From: an uncultured Oscillospiraceae bacterium
GTDB lineage: Bacteria > Bacillota > Clostridia > Oscillospirales > Oscillospiraceae
Direction: 5' to 3'
DNA: 18,089 nucleotides
NCBI GenBank assembly: GCA_964630475.1
Contig: CAZVVH010000011.1
Span: 1 to 18,089 of the forward strand
The position numbers and the translations under genes are program-made. How positions within the stretch are numbered: position 1 is the first letter of the stretch; each line of letters begins with the position of its first letter. Positions 7,416-15,666 of the stretch are shown in pieces. Below the pieces are notes generated by a model that did no database searches, was not told where the DNA came from, and saw nothing but the letters and a program-made list of their open reading frames with translations.

Positions 7416-8027
7416 ATGGGCATTTCTTTTTCGGAGAGCGAAACCCGGACCAACCTGATGCGGGCCTTCGCCGGAGAGAGCCAGGCGCGGAACCGCTACA
7501 CGTTCGCCGCTGCCGAGGCCAAGCAGGCGGGGCTGGAGGTAGTGCAGGCCGTCTTTCTGATGACGGCGGATCAAGAGCTGGCCCACGCCAAGGTGTTTTA
7601 TGACTTCTTAAAGCCTGCCAACGGAGAGACCATCGAGATTGACGGCACCTACCCGGTGGATCAGGCTGCCAAGGTGCTGGACCTGCTGAAGGCCGCTGCC
7701 CACAATGAGTCCCAGGAGCATCAGGTGGATTACCCCGCCTTTGCCCAGACAGCCAAGAAGGAGGGCTTCGACCAGGTCCACAGAGCCTTTGAGATGATCG
7801 CGGGGATCGAGGCCACCCACGCCCAGCGCTTCCAGTACTTTGCCCAGCTGATGGAGGACGGGAAGCTGTTCGTCAGCGATGTGGAAACCGGCTGGATGTG
7901 CCTGAACTGCGGCATGATCGTCCGCTCCACCATGGCGCCGGCCCAGTGCCCGGTGTGTCAGCATTCCCAGGGCTATTTTGTGCGGCTGGAGCTGGCGCCG
8001 TATATGTCGGCCAAAATGGGGCGCTGA
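7416..8027 (+). CDS. rbr: Rubrerythrin (diiron ferritin-like domain + C-terminal rubredoxin-like CxxC...CxxC)
   Basis: NLMRAFAGESQARNRYTF and ELAHAKVFYDFL are ferritin-like ExxH-type helices. The C-terminal CLNCG...CPVC is present. AAGGAGGA RBS sits 7-8 nt upstream of the ATG at 7416. Confidence 0.93.
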   Translation: MGISFSESETRTNLMRAFAGESQARNRYTFAAAEAKQAGLEVVQAVFLMTADQELAHAKVFYDFLKPANGETIEIDGTYPVDQAAKVLDLLKAAAHNESQEHQVDYPAFAQTAKKEGFDQVHRAFEMIAGIEATHAQRFQYFAQLMEDGKLFVSDVETGWMCLNCGMIVRSTMAPAQCPVCQHSQGYFVRLELAPYMSAKMGR

Positions 8028-8170
8028 GTTTGGTGCTCTGAAGGCTTACAGATTACGGGATATCCAATCAAACCGTGGCAAACAGGCAGACTGTGACCTT
8101 CCAATGCGGAACCGCCCCGGAGGGGGTGAGGATACGCAGAGAAAGCGGCTGCCTGAAAATCCGGAACAAA

Positions 8171-8209
8171 TGAGGAAGCGGTCTGATCCGCTTCCTCACG
8201 TTTCTTTTT
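8171..8209 (+). terminator. Intrinsic terminator downstream of rbr
   Basis: TGAGGAAGCGG (8171-8181) pairs with CCGCTTCCTCA (8188-8198). This is an 11-bp stem with a 6-nt loop, followed by CGTTTCTTTTT. It lies about 145 nt after the rbr stop. Confidence 0.75.
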
Positions 8210-8272
8210 CAGGCATAACATAACCGGAGGCATTATATCGTTGCGGTTATACCAATATCCCGGAAAAACCAT

Positions 8273-8301
8273 TTGCCCGTCCGCCCCTCCTGTCGTATAA
8301 T
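8273..8301 (+). promoter_or_regulatory. Putative sigma-A promoter of the second reductase cluster
   Basis: TTGCCC (8273-8278), a 17-nt spacer, then TATAAT (8296-8301), about 55 nt upstream of the ATG at 8356. Confidence 0.4.
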
Positions 8302-8355
8302 AGGGTCAAATCAAAGGGAAAAACCCAACCAAAATGAGGACAGGAGGCATCTGTT

Positions 8356-10308
8356 ATGAGAGAAAACTTATACCCGCATGTATTCCGGCCTATTACTATT
8401 CGGGGCCTGACCCTGAAGAACCGTCTGGAATACGCACCCACAGTGGTGCTGAAATGCAATGCGGACGGCACCATGAGCCAGGACATGTTGGACTTTATGG
8501 AGTGGCAGGCCAAGACCGGTGTGGGCTGGGTCACAGTGGGAGATACCCCCGTCACCCATGACAATACCTCCCACTGGCTGTGCGAGATGAACGTCTGTGA
8601 CGACGACTGTATCCACGGCATGAACGCTCTGGTGGAGAAATGCCGTCAGAACGGCGCGGAGCTTTCCGTGGAGCTGGCCTATGCGGGCCGGGGCAACCGT
8701 GCCCCCGCCGACGGCGTCCCCACCGCCGTGGTCTCCGCCGAGCGGCCCCTGAACCCAGGGGACAATGTGCGCACCATGACCCGGGAGGATATGGATTACA
8801 TGAAGGAACGGTATGTGGACTGTGCCGTCCGCTGCCAGCACGCAGGCTTCCGTATGATTATGCTCCACTGCGCCCACAATAACTTCCTGGCCCAGTGGCT
8901 GTCTCCGGATTCCAACGTCCGCACCGACGAGTACGGCGGCTGTCCGGAGAACCGCAGAAAGTTCCCCCTGGAGGTCTTAAAGGCGGTCCGGGAGGCGGTT
9001 GGCCCCAATATGGTCATTGAGCTTCGTGTTTCCGCCACTGAGGGCATTCCCGGCGGCCTGGAGTTTGAGGAGTCCCTGGCGTTTATGAAACTGGCCCAAG
9101 AGTACGTGGATATCATGCATGTGTCCCAAGGCTCCATCTTTCATCTCTCTGCCCGGTATACCATTCCAACTTATTTCAGAACGCCCCATAAGCCCCTGAA
9201 CGTGGACTATGCCGCCCAGGTGAAGCAGGCCCTGCACATTCCCGTGGCCGTGGTAGGGATGATTACCACCCTGGAGGAGGCGGAGGAGATCATTGCCTCC
9301 GGCAAGGCGGATATTGTGGCCATGGCCAAGAGCCACATGGCCGATGGTGCTTTGGTGAGCAAGACCCTGGCCGGCCGACCGGAGAAGGTCCGCCCCTGCA
9401 CCCGCTGCGACCTGTGCGGCAACGCCAACACCTGGGGTACATCCATGTCCTGCGCCATCAATCCCCGCTGCGGCATTTCCGGACCCATTGAGCAGGTGCC
9501 CCAGGAAGCGCGGAAGAACGTTATGGTTATCGGTGGCGGCCCCGCCGGCATGATGGCGGCCCAAACCCTGGTGGCCCGGGGCCATACCGCCACCATTTAT
9601 GAAAAGTCTGACCGGCTGGGCGGCCTGCTGAACGACGCCTGCCTGGTGCCCTTCAAGGGCCTGATGCGGGAGTATCTGGCCTGGGACATCCAGGAGACCT
9701 ATGACTGCGGAGCCAAGGTGGTGCTGAACACCGAGGTCACCCAGGAGCTGGTGGAGCAGGTGAATCCCGACGCCATCATTGTGGCCACCGGTTCTGTCTA
9801 CCTGAATCCTCCCATTCCGGGCATGGAACAGGCCCTGGCCGTCCGGGATGTGGACAGCCACGCTGTGGAGACCGGCAGGAGCGTGGTGGTCTGCGGCGGC
9901 GGTATTACCGGCCTGGAGTGCGCTCTGGCTTTGAGCCAGGAGGGCAGGCAGGTCACGGTGGTTGATATGCTGCCCCGGGAGCAGTTTGTCATGGAGATGC
10001 CCATTTTCAACAAGGGCGACCTGATGGCCCAGCTGGAGGAGAACGGCGTCCGGCTGGTCGGCGGACAGAAGATTCAGGCCATCGGTGGCGGAGTCCGGAC
10101 GGTGGACGCGGCTTCCGGCCAGGAAAAATTCTTCCCCGCAGACAGCGTGGTCAACGCCCTGGGCGTCAAGCCTGACGACAAGCTGGGCAAGGCCCTGCTG
10201 AGCAAGTATGGCAGCGTGGACGTCATCATGGTGGGTGATTGCACTGCCAGAGGCGGCAGCTACTATCGGGCCAACCATGAGGCCTATGATGCCGCCATGA
10301 GAATTTAA
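8356..10308 (+). CDS. Enoate-reductase-type NADH:flavin oxidoreductase (OYE barrel + 4Fe-4S + FAD/NAD(P)-binding pyridine-nucleotide oxidoreductase domains)
   Basis: 650 aa. AGGAGG (8342-8347) sits 8 nt before the ATG. It has an OYE barrel with an HxxH pair (LHCAHNNFLAQWLSP) and VRTDEYGGCPENRRKFPLEV. The cluster motif is CxxCxxCx11C (CTRCDLCGNANTWGTSMSC). Two dinucleotide motifs are present (VIGGGPAGMMAA, VVCGGGITGLECA). Confidence 0.9.
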   Translation: MRENLYPHVFRPITIRGLTLKNRLEYAPTVVLKCNADGTMSQDMLDFMEWQAKTGVGWVTVGDTPVTHDNTSHWLCEMNVCDDDCIHGMNALVEKCRQNGAELSVELAYAGRGNRAPADGVPTAVVSAERPLNPGDNVRTMTREDMDYMKERYVDCAVRCQHAGFRMIMLHCAHNNFLAQWLSPDSNVRTDEYGGCPENRRKFPLEVLKAVREAVGPNMVIELRVSATEGIPGGLEFEESLAFMKLAQEYVDIMHVSQGSIFHLSARYTIPTYFRTPHKPLNVDYAAQVKQALHIPVAVVGMITTLEEAEEIIASGKADIVAMAKSHMADGALVSKTLAGRPEKVRPCTRCDLCGNANTWGTSMSCAINPRCGISGPIEQVPQEARKNVMVIGGGPAGMMAAQTLVARGHTATIYEKSDRLGGLLNDACLVPFKGLMREYLAWDIQETYDCGAKVVLNTEVTQELVEQVNPDAIIVATGSVYLNPPIPGMEQALAVRDVDSHAVETGRSVVVCGGGITGLECALALSQEGRQVTVVDMLPREQFVMEMPIFNKGDLMAQLEENGVRLVGGQKIQAIGGGVRTVDAASGQEKFFPADSVVNALGVKPDDKLGKALLSKYGSVDVIMVGDCTARGGSYYRANHEAYDAAMRI

Positions 10309-10320
10309 AGGAGCGTTCCC

Positions 10321-11241
10321 ATGGACTTAACACAGCTGCGCTACTTTCAGGCGGTTGCCCGGGCGGGCAACGTGACCCGGGCGGCCCGGGAGCTGTATGT
10401 GACCCAGCCCAATCTGAGCAAGAGCATCTCCCGGCTGGAGGATGAGCTGGGGGTGCCCCTGTTTGAACACCGGAAGGGAAAGATCCTGCTCAACGATTAC
10501 GGCAGGGTGTTTCTGTCCAGCGTGGATATTGCCTTTTCCGAGCTGGCCTCCGGGGCGCAGACTATCCAGAGAATGTATGAAACCAATCAGCATATCCTCT
10601 CCCTGGCCTGCAATATTTCCGGGTATTTGCCCGATATCCTTCCCCGCTTTTCCGTGACCTGTCCGGATGTTGGCATCCGGCAGTGGGAGTATTCTCCCCA
10701 ACAAATGGTGGAGCACCTGCTGGACCGGAGTATCACCCTGGCCATTTCCAACCAGCGGCTGGAGGACGAGATGATCGTCTTTCAGGAGATCGGCCGAAAG
10801 GTCTATGTGGTGGCAATCCATCAGGATCACCCTATGGCAAAGCAGGCCAGCGTGTCCCTGGCCGACATGAAAGACGAGACCTTTATCTGCGACAATTCCC
10901 GACTGAATGTGGAGGTTCTCCGCCGGGAATGTCAAAAGCACGGCTTTGAGCCGCGGGTGGGCTATGAGATCCAAAGCTCAGAGCTGATCTACCGGCTGCT
11001 GGAATCCAACCGGGGGGTGGCCATTATGCCCATCGTCCTGGGGTGCCAGACCATCCGGAATCATCCGGACTCTCCGGTGAAGCTTCTTTCCATCCGGGAT
11101 GAGCTTCCGCCGGTGCTGCTGGGGGTGGCATGGCACCGGAGCTTTCAGCAGACCCAGGCATCCCGGCAATTTTTGGACTTCCTGAAGGGGCGTCTGGAGG
11201 AAGAGGATGAGCTGATTCAAAGCATGGGGTTTGACCCCTGA
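10321..11241 (+). CDS. LysR family transcriptional regulator
   Basis: MDLTQLRYFQAVARAGNVTRAARELYVTQPNLSKSISRLEDELGVPLFEH is a canonical LTTR winged-HTH N-terminus. 306 aa with a substrate-binding domain. AAAGGAG sits 7 nt before the ATG, which is 13 nt after the reductase stop. Confidence 0.92.
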   Translation: MDLTQLRYFQAVARAGNVTRAARELYVTQPNLSKSISRLEDELGVPLFEHRKGKILLNDYGRVFLSSVDIAFSELASGAQTIQRMYETNQHILSLACNISGYLPDILPRFSVTCPDVGIRQWEYSPQQMVEHLLDRSITLAISNQRLEDEMIVFQEIGRKVYVVAIHQDHPMAKQASVSLADMKDETFICDNSRLNVEVLRRECQKHGFEPRVGYEIQSSELIYRLLESNRGVAIMPIVLGCQTIRNHPDSPVKLLSIRDELPPVLLGVAWHRSFQQTQASRQFLDFLKGRLEEEDELIQSMGFDP

Positions 11242-11258
11242 GTCCGGCCTGCTATAAA
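11231..11258 (+). promoter_or_regulatory. Possible internal promoter for the SDR-DABB pair
   Basis: TTGACC (11231-11236, overlapping the end of the LysR gene), a 16-nt spacer, then TATAAA (11253-11258), about 40 nt upstream of the ATG at 11298. Confidence 0.35.
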
Positions 11259-11297
11259 AACCAAATTTAATCAATTTTATCAGAAAGGAGCATTTTT

Positions 11298-12077
11298 ATG
11301 TTCGAAGAATTTAAGGATAAGGTACTGTTTGTCACAGGCGCGGCCTCCGGTATGGGCCGGGCCGTGGCAGTCCGCTTTGGTTCCCTGGGCTGCAAGGTGG
11401 CGGTGGCCGCACGCCGCCCCGCCGCCGGAGAGGAAACCGTCCGCTTGGTGAAGGAAGCCGGCGGTGACGCGATCTTTGTGTCCTGCGATGTGGCGGATGA
11501 GGCCAGCGTGAAGGCCGCCATTGAGACCACGGTCTCCACCTTTGGCTCCCTGGACTTTGCCTTCAACAACGCGGGCTGCGGCGCCGACGGCGTCCACATT
11601 CCCTTCTGCCCCCTGACCGAGGTTACTGAGGGGGACTGGCTGAAGGTCATCAACACCAACCTGACCGGCATGTTCCACTGCCTGAAGTATGAATTGATCC
11701 AGATGAACAAGCAGGGCGGCGGCGCCATCGTGAACACCGCCTCCATCGGCGGACTGAAAATGGCCCCCGGCTTCGGCGCTTACGGCCCCTCCAAGGCCGG
11801 CGTCATCGCCATTACCCAGACCGCCGCCGTGGAAAACGCCAAGAACGGTATCCGGGTCAATGTGATCTGTCCCGGCCCCACCGACGGAACCAACCTGATG
11901 GCGGACAGCGTTTCCACCGGCAACCAGGACACCGAGCTCCTGAAGTCCCATGTGATTCCCATGGGAAAGCTGGGAACCACCGGTGACGTGGCTGACGCGG
12001 TGATGTTCCTGTGTTCCAGCTTGTCCGGCCATATTACCGGCTCCGCCCTGCCCGTCTGCGGCGGTATGCAGATGTGA
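11298..12077 (+). CDS. SDR family (classical short-chain dehydrogenase/reductase, FabG-like) oxidoreductase
   Basis: 259 aa. Motifs TGAASGMGRA (TGxxxGxG), NNAG, catalytic Ser then YGPSKAG (YxxxK). AAGGAG sits 7 nt before the ATG. Confidence 0.92.
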   Translation: MFEEFKDKVLFVTGAASGMGRAVAVRFGSLGCKVAVAARRPAAGEETVRLVKEAGGDAIFVSCDVADEASVKAAIETTVSTFGSLDFAFNNAGCGADGVHIPFCPLTEVTEGDWLKVINTNLTGMFHCLKYELIQMNKQGGGAIVNTASIGGLKMAPGFGAYGPSKAGVIAITQTAAVENAKNGIRVNVICPGPTDGTNLMADSVSTGNQDTELLKSHVIPMGKLGTTGDVADAVMFLCSSLSGHITGSALPVCGGMQM

Positions 12078-12097
12078 GAACGGGAGGAAAAACGGCT

Positions 12098-12421
12098 ATG
12101 AAGATGCGCCATATTTCTGTCTTTCGGGTGAAGGACTCCGCCCGGGACCCGGAGATCATTGACCGGCTGGCTCAGCTGCTGCGGGAACTGCCCAGCCGGA
12201 TTCCCACCATCCGGGAATGTGAGGTGGGGGTAAAACCCTTCCCCATGCCCACGGAATCCCCTGACGGCCATGTGCAGTTTTATGATCTGATCCAGATCAT
12301 CACCTTCGATTCCCCGGAGGACTGCATGGCCTACCCTGCCTCCGATGGACATAGGAGCTTCCTGAATTCCTCCGGCCAGTATATGGAGCAGGTAGTCGGA
12401 ATTGACTATCCTGTGGAGTGA
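12098..12421 (+). CDS. DABB (stress-responsive dimeric alpha+beta barrel) domain protein
   Basis: 107 aa, MKMRHISVFRVKD...HVQFYDLIQIITFDSPEDCMAYPASDGHRSF...GIDY, a typical Dabb pattern. GGGAGGA (12082-12088) sits 9 nt before the ATG at 12098. The track ORF from 12011 is an over-extension that overlaps the SDR. Confidence 0.85.
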   Translation: MKMRHISVFRVKDSARDPEIIDRLAQLLRELPSRIPTIRECEVGVKPFPMPTESPDGHVQFYDLIQIITFDSPEDCMAYPASDGHRSFLNSSGQYMEQVVGIDYPVE

Positions 12422-12450
12422 GACGATTCAAATAAATGCTAAATGCTGAT

Positions 12451-12492
12451 GGGGCTGTCGCGGAATAAAATTCTGCGGCAGCTCCAATTTTT
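12451..12492 (+). terminator. Intrinsic terminator after the DABB gene, between convergent genes
   Basis: GGGGCTGTCGCGGAAT (12451-12466), AAA, ATTCTGCGGCAGCTCC (12470-12485). The stem includes G-U wobbles on the plus-strand RNA and is followed by AATTTTT. Confidence 0.65.
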
Positions 12493-12494
12493 CC

Positions 12495-12743
12495 CTAAAT
12501 TCCCTTATATTTCCGCCGGGTAGCCATGCCGCCGCGGATATGCCGCTGGGCTTTGTTCTCGTCCAGAATCGCCTTGGCCTGAACGTACAGGGCATGGTTG
12601 ATGGCGGGCAGCCGGTCGCTGATGTCCTTGTGGACGGTGCTTTTGCTGACGCCAAACTGCTTTGCGGCGGCGCGGACGGTGGCTTTGTGCTCAATGATGT
12701 ACTGGGCCAGCTTGCAGGCTCGCTCCTCAATCGTTTCTTTCAC
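12495..12743 (-). CDS. spoIIID: Sporulation stage III transcriptional regulator SpoIIID
   Basis: KETIEERACKLAQYIIEHKATVRAAAKQFGVSKSTVHKDISDRLPAINHALY...HIRGGMATRRKYK aligns with B. subtilis SpoIIID as recalled (..FGVSKSTVHKDLTERLPEIN..HLRGGEATK.KY). I prefer the GTG start at 12743, with GAGGAG 8 nt upstream. The track start at 12752 overlaps that RBS. Confidence 0.9.
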   Translation of the reverse strand: MKETIEERACKLAQYIIEHKATVRAAAKQFGVSKSTVHKDISDRLPAINHALYVQAKAILDENKAQRHIRGGMATRRKYKGI

Positions 12744-12773
12744 TGGCAGCACTCCTCACAATGTTCTGGCACC

Positions 12774-12802
12774 AGTCTATGCGGCGAAGCCGGAGAATAT
12801 GA
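12774..12802 (-). promoter_or_regulatory. Sigma-E-like (mother-cell) promoter of spoIIID
   Basis: The minus strand reads TCATATT (plus 12796-12802), a 14-nt spacer, then CATAGACT (plus 12774-12781). The recalled B. subtilis sigma-E consensus is kmATATT-N14-CATACAnT. It lies about 30 nt upstream of the GTG at 12743. Confidence 0.5.
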
Positions 12803-12828
12803 ACCCACAGGGCAGGGGGGATTTTCAC

Positions 12829-12857
12829 TTGATTTTACCTATGGGGTGGTCTATAAT
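12829..12857 (+). promoter_or_regulatory. Putative sigma-A promoter of the glycosyltransferase cluster
   Basis: TTGATT (12829-12834), a 17-nt spacer, then TATAAT (12852-12857). This implies a ~100-nt leader before the ATG at 12962. Confidence 0.5.
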
Positions 12858-12961
12858 AAACCCAGCATATATGATTAAAATAGGAGTATTGTGCAGATCA
12901 GACCTGGGTTTGGTACACATCTTTTGGAAAGCAGAATCAGGAAAAAGGGAGGTCGTGGGAA

Positions 12962-14092
12962 ATGAAAATCATTCATATGATCTCCGGCGGTGATGTCGGC
13001 GGAGCGAAAACCCATGTGCTGTCTCTGGTTCAGAGGCTGCGGCGGGAGCACACCGTTTTGCTGGTATGCTTTACGGAGGGCGTGTTTGCGGAGGACGCCA
13101 GAGCGCTGGGGATCCCCGTGCAGGTTGTCCAGTCCGGAAGCCTGCGCAGGGATTGCAGGACCCTGGTGGAGTTGATTGGCCGGGAGGGCTTTCAGGTGGT
13201 CCACTGCCATGGCTCCCGGGCCAATATGATGGGCGCTCTCATCCGGAAAAGGGTGAGGCTGCCCGTGGTGACCACTATCCACAGCGACTATCATTTGGAT
13301 TATCTGGGCCGTCCACTGCACAATCTGACCTATGGGACCATTAATAAAGTCGCCCTCCGCTTTTTGGATGGGTATATTTGCGTTTCCAGCTCCATGGCCG
13401 CACGGATGGAAGAGTACGGCTTTGACCCAAAGAATATCTATACCGTGCGCAACGGCGTGGAGTTTGACGGCGCAGCGCCGGCTATGACCCGGGAGGCCTA
13501 TCTGGACAGCATCGGGCTTCACTGTGAGCCAGACTCGGTGATCTTCGGCATTGCCGCCCGGATTTCTCCGGTAAAGGATATGGACACCCTAGTTCGGGCC
13601 TTTGCGGAGGCAGTGAAGCAGTGCCCGTCCATTCGCCTGGTCATTGCCGGCACCGGTGAACAGGAGGAGGAGATCAAGGCCCTGGCTGCCCGGCTCTGTC
13701 CCCGGGATTCCGTGTGCTTTGCTGGTTGGGTTTCCGATACCAACAGCTTCTACAATGCCGTGGATGTGAACGTCCTGTCCTCCCTGTCTGAGGGGTTCCC
13801 CTATTCCCTGCTGGAGGGCGCCCGGATGGGCTGCCCCATGATTGCCACTCGGGTGGGCGGAATTCCCGACCTGGTGGAGGACGGTGTAGGCGGCATCCTC
13901 TTTGAGCCAAAGGACACCGCTGCCCTGACCGCTGCGATTTGCCGTCTGGCGGAGGATGATGGACTGCGGGCCGGGATGGGCCGGCGGCTGTTGGAAAAGG
14001 CCCGGAGTGTGTATTCCATTGATGTCACCGTGGACACCCAGGTGCAGATTTATCAGGCTGTGCTTCGCCGGACGGAGAACAAGAATCAGTGA
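12962..14092 (+). CDS. Glycosyltransferase family 4 (GT-B fold, Glycos_transf_1)
   Basis: 376 aa. N-terminal MKIIHMISGGDVGGAKTHV. EX7E motif in SLSEGFPYSLLEGARMGCPMIATRVGGIPDLVEDGVGGILFEP. AAGGGAGG RBS sits 9 nt upstream. Confidence 0.9.
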   Translation: MKIIHMISGGDVGGAKTHVLSLVQRLRREHTVLLVCFTEGVFAEDARALGIPVQVVQSGSLRRDCRTLVELIGREGFQVVHCHGSRANMMGALIRKRVRLPVVTTIHSDYHLDYLGRPLHNLTYGTINKVALRFLDGYICVSSSMAARMEEYGFDPKNIYTVRNGVEFDGAAPAMTREAYLDSIGLHCEPDSVIFGIAARISPVKDMDTLVRAFAEAVKQCPSIRLVIAGTGEQEEEIKALAARLCPRDSVCFAGWVSDTNSFYNAVDVNVLSSLSEGFPYSLLEGARMGCPMIATRVGGIPDLVEDGVGGILFEPKDTAALTAAICRLAEDDGLRAGMGRRLLEKARSVYSIDVTVDTQVQIYQAVLRRTENKNQ

Positions 14093-15615
14093 TGGGCGTA
14101 ACGCGCAATTCAGAAACGGACGAGGTGCATCCTTTGAAAAAGACAAGTATAACGGAAAAGCTGACCGAACTGCTTCCCCTGCTGGTGGTTATTTTCTGTG
14201 GGATCCAGCCGGTGCTGGATGTGATGGGCTACTGGCAGGTGACGCTGGAGATCAGCAACGGGATTACGCTGCTGATCCGCATGGGGTTGCTCTGCGGCAG
14301 CCTGCTGCTGGGCTTTATCCTGTCCGACCGGAAATGGGTCTATTGGGGGATGGCCGGTGTGCTGGGGATCCTGGTGCTGGGGCATATTGCTGCCTGTATG
14401 CAGGTGGGGTATGCCGATCCTGTCACTGATCTGGCGGATAATCTGCGGACCTTCAGCCTGCCCCTGAATACAATCTGCTTTATCACGTTCCTTCGAAAAA
14501 ACGATCAGGTTTACCCAGCGATAAAGAAGGGAATGCTTCTGGTGCTGGGAATTATTCTGCTTGTTCAGATTTTGGCAACGGTTACGGGAACGGATCCGCA
14601 TACCTACGGCAATAAAGAGATCGGCGTATTGGGCTGGTTTTTCTGGGCCAATACCCAGAGCGGGGTGCTTTGCATCCTTGCCCCCATGGCTATCGCCTGG
14701 GCCTTAAATCGCTGGAAGGACAGAGTGATTCCCGTTTTTGGGATTACCCTGGTGTCCTTGGGGATGCTCTTCCTGCTGGCGACCCGTCTGGCCTATGTGG
14801 GACTGGCGGTGGCTGGGGTGGGCCTTGCCCTGTCCCTGGTCATCGTGGACCGGAGGCGGATCAAACAGGCCGCCGCCATCCTCCTTTGTGCGGCCTTCTT
14901 TGTGGCCCTCTACCCGCTTTCCCCCATGGTGGCAAATCAGCGGGCTGTGGCTGCAAACGCGGTGCTGAAACAGGAGGCTGCGGATCAGATCCTGGAGGAG
15001 CGGGGCCTGGATGAGGAGAATGTGGACCTGGACGCGCTGGAGGAGATCTACGCGCCCTACCTGTCCGGCATGATGCAGCGGTTCGGCGTGGAGCGGGTGG
15101 CACAGGTTTACAACTACACCACGGATATCTCCATCGTGGGGGATGTCCGGCTGGAAAAGCTGCGGTTCTGCGCCATGCTGCTGGAGGATTCCCCGGGCCT
15201 GTCCCAGCTGTTCGGCATGGAGCTGGGGCGCATGCGGGAGACTGTAACCCTCCTGGAGGACGGCGAGTATATCCAGGAAACCGAGGTATATGACGCGGAA
15301 AATGATTTCCACGGCTGCTATTATCTCAATGGCGCGGTGGGGCTGGCCCTGGCAGTGCTGTTTTTGGGCTATTTCCTGCTGCGGACGCTGAGGGCGCTGG
15401 TTTTGGATTTTAAATCCTATTTCACCGTTGATTTGGCGGCGCTGGGGATTGCCTACTGCTGCTCGGTGGCCCATATTTATTTCACAAACTCCATGCTGCG
15501 CCGACAGAACGGCTCCGTCTATTTGGCGTTGACGTTGGCCCTGGCGTGGTATTTGACCCAAAAACGGTTCTCTGGCAAACGGAGCGGTGTCCGCTCCCAC
15601 GGGAGACAGGGGTAA
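14089..15615 (+). CDS. O-antigen ligase/polymerase-like (Wzy_C-type) polytopic membrane protein, paralog 1
   Basis: 508 aa. Many TM helices, a large soluble loop, then ENDFHGCYYLNGAVGLALAVLF, which resembles the H-N-x-y-L...G-x-G Wzy_C loop motif. The start is GTG 14089 or ATG 14092, overlapping the GT4 stop (GTGATG). Confidence 0.8.
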   Translation: MMGVTRNSETDEVHPLKKTSITEKLTELLPLLVVIFCGIQPVLDVMGYWQVTLEISNGITLLIRMGLLCGSLLLGFILSDRKWVYWGMAGVLGILVLGHIAACMQVGYADPVTDLADNLRTFSLPLNTICFITFLRKNDQVYPAIKKGMLLVLGIILLVQILATVTGTDPHTYGNKEIGVLGWFFWANTQSGVLCILAPMAIAWALNRWKDRVIPVFGITLVSLGMLFLLATRLAYVGLAVAGVGLALSLVIVDRRRIKQAAAILLCAAFFVALYPLSPMVANQRAVAANAVLKQEAADQILEERGLDEENVDLDALEEIYAPYLSGMMQRFGVERVAQVYNYTTDISIVGDVRLEKLRFCAMLLEDSPGLSQLFGMELGRMRETVTLLEDGEYIQETEVYDAENDFHGCYYLNGAVGLALAVLFLGYFLLRTLRALVLDFKSYFTVDLAALGIAYCCSVAHIYFTNSMLRRQNGSVYLALTLALAWYLTQKRFSGKRSGVRSHGRQG

Positions 15616-15666
15616 GATAAGCAATTCACAAGAGGCAAACAAGGATTTGGCGGAAAGGACAGTTCA

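Noticed and set aside
8060-8170. Possible c-di-GMP-I (a GGCAAAC element) or fluoride (an AACCGCC element) riboswitch downstream of rbr.
   Set aside because: Only short fragments resemble the consensus sequences I remember. The remaining conserved blocks (ACGCAAAGC for GEMM-I; the GAUGG pseudoknot partner for crcB) are absent, and there is no regulated gene directly downstream of the terminator.
11255-11269. An LTTR-box-like TAAA-N7-TTTA (T-N11-A) between the LysR and SDR genes.
   Set aside because: It is a low-complexity AT-rich sequence where such a pattern is expected by chance. It overlaps the putative -10/+1 region rather than the usual upstream activator position. I kept it only as a note.
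12011-12097. A 29-codon N-terminal extension of the DABB gene that overlaps the SDR gene.
   Set aside because: It is Arg- and Pro-rich, has no RBS, and overlaps the SDR 3' end. The ATG at 12098 has GGGAGGA 9 nt upstream and matches the usual start of DABB proteins.
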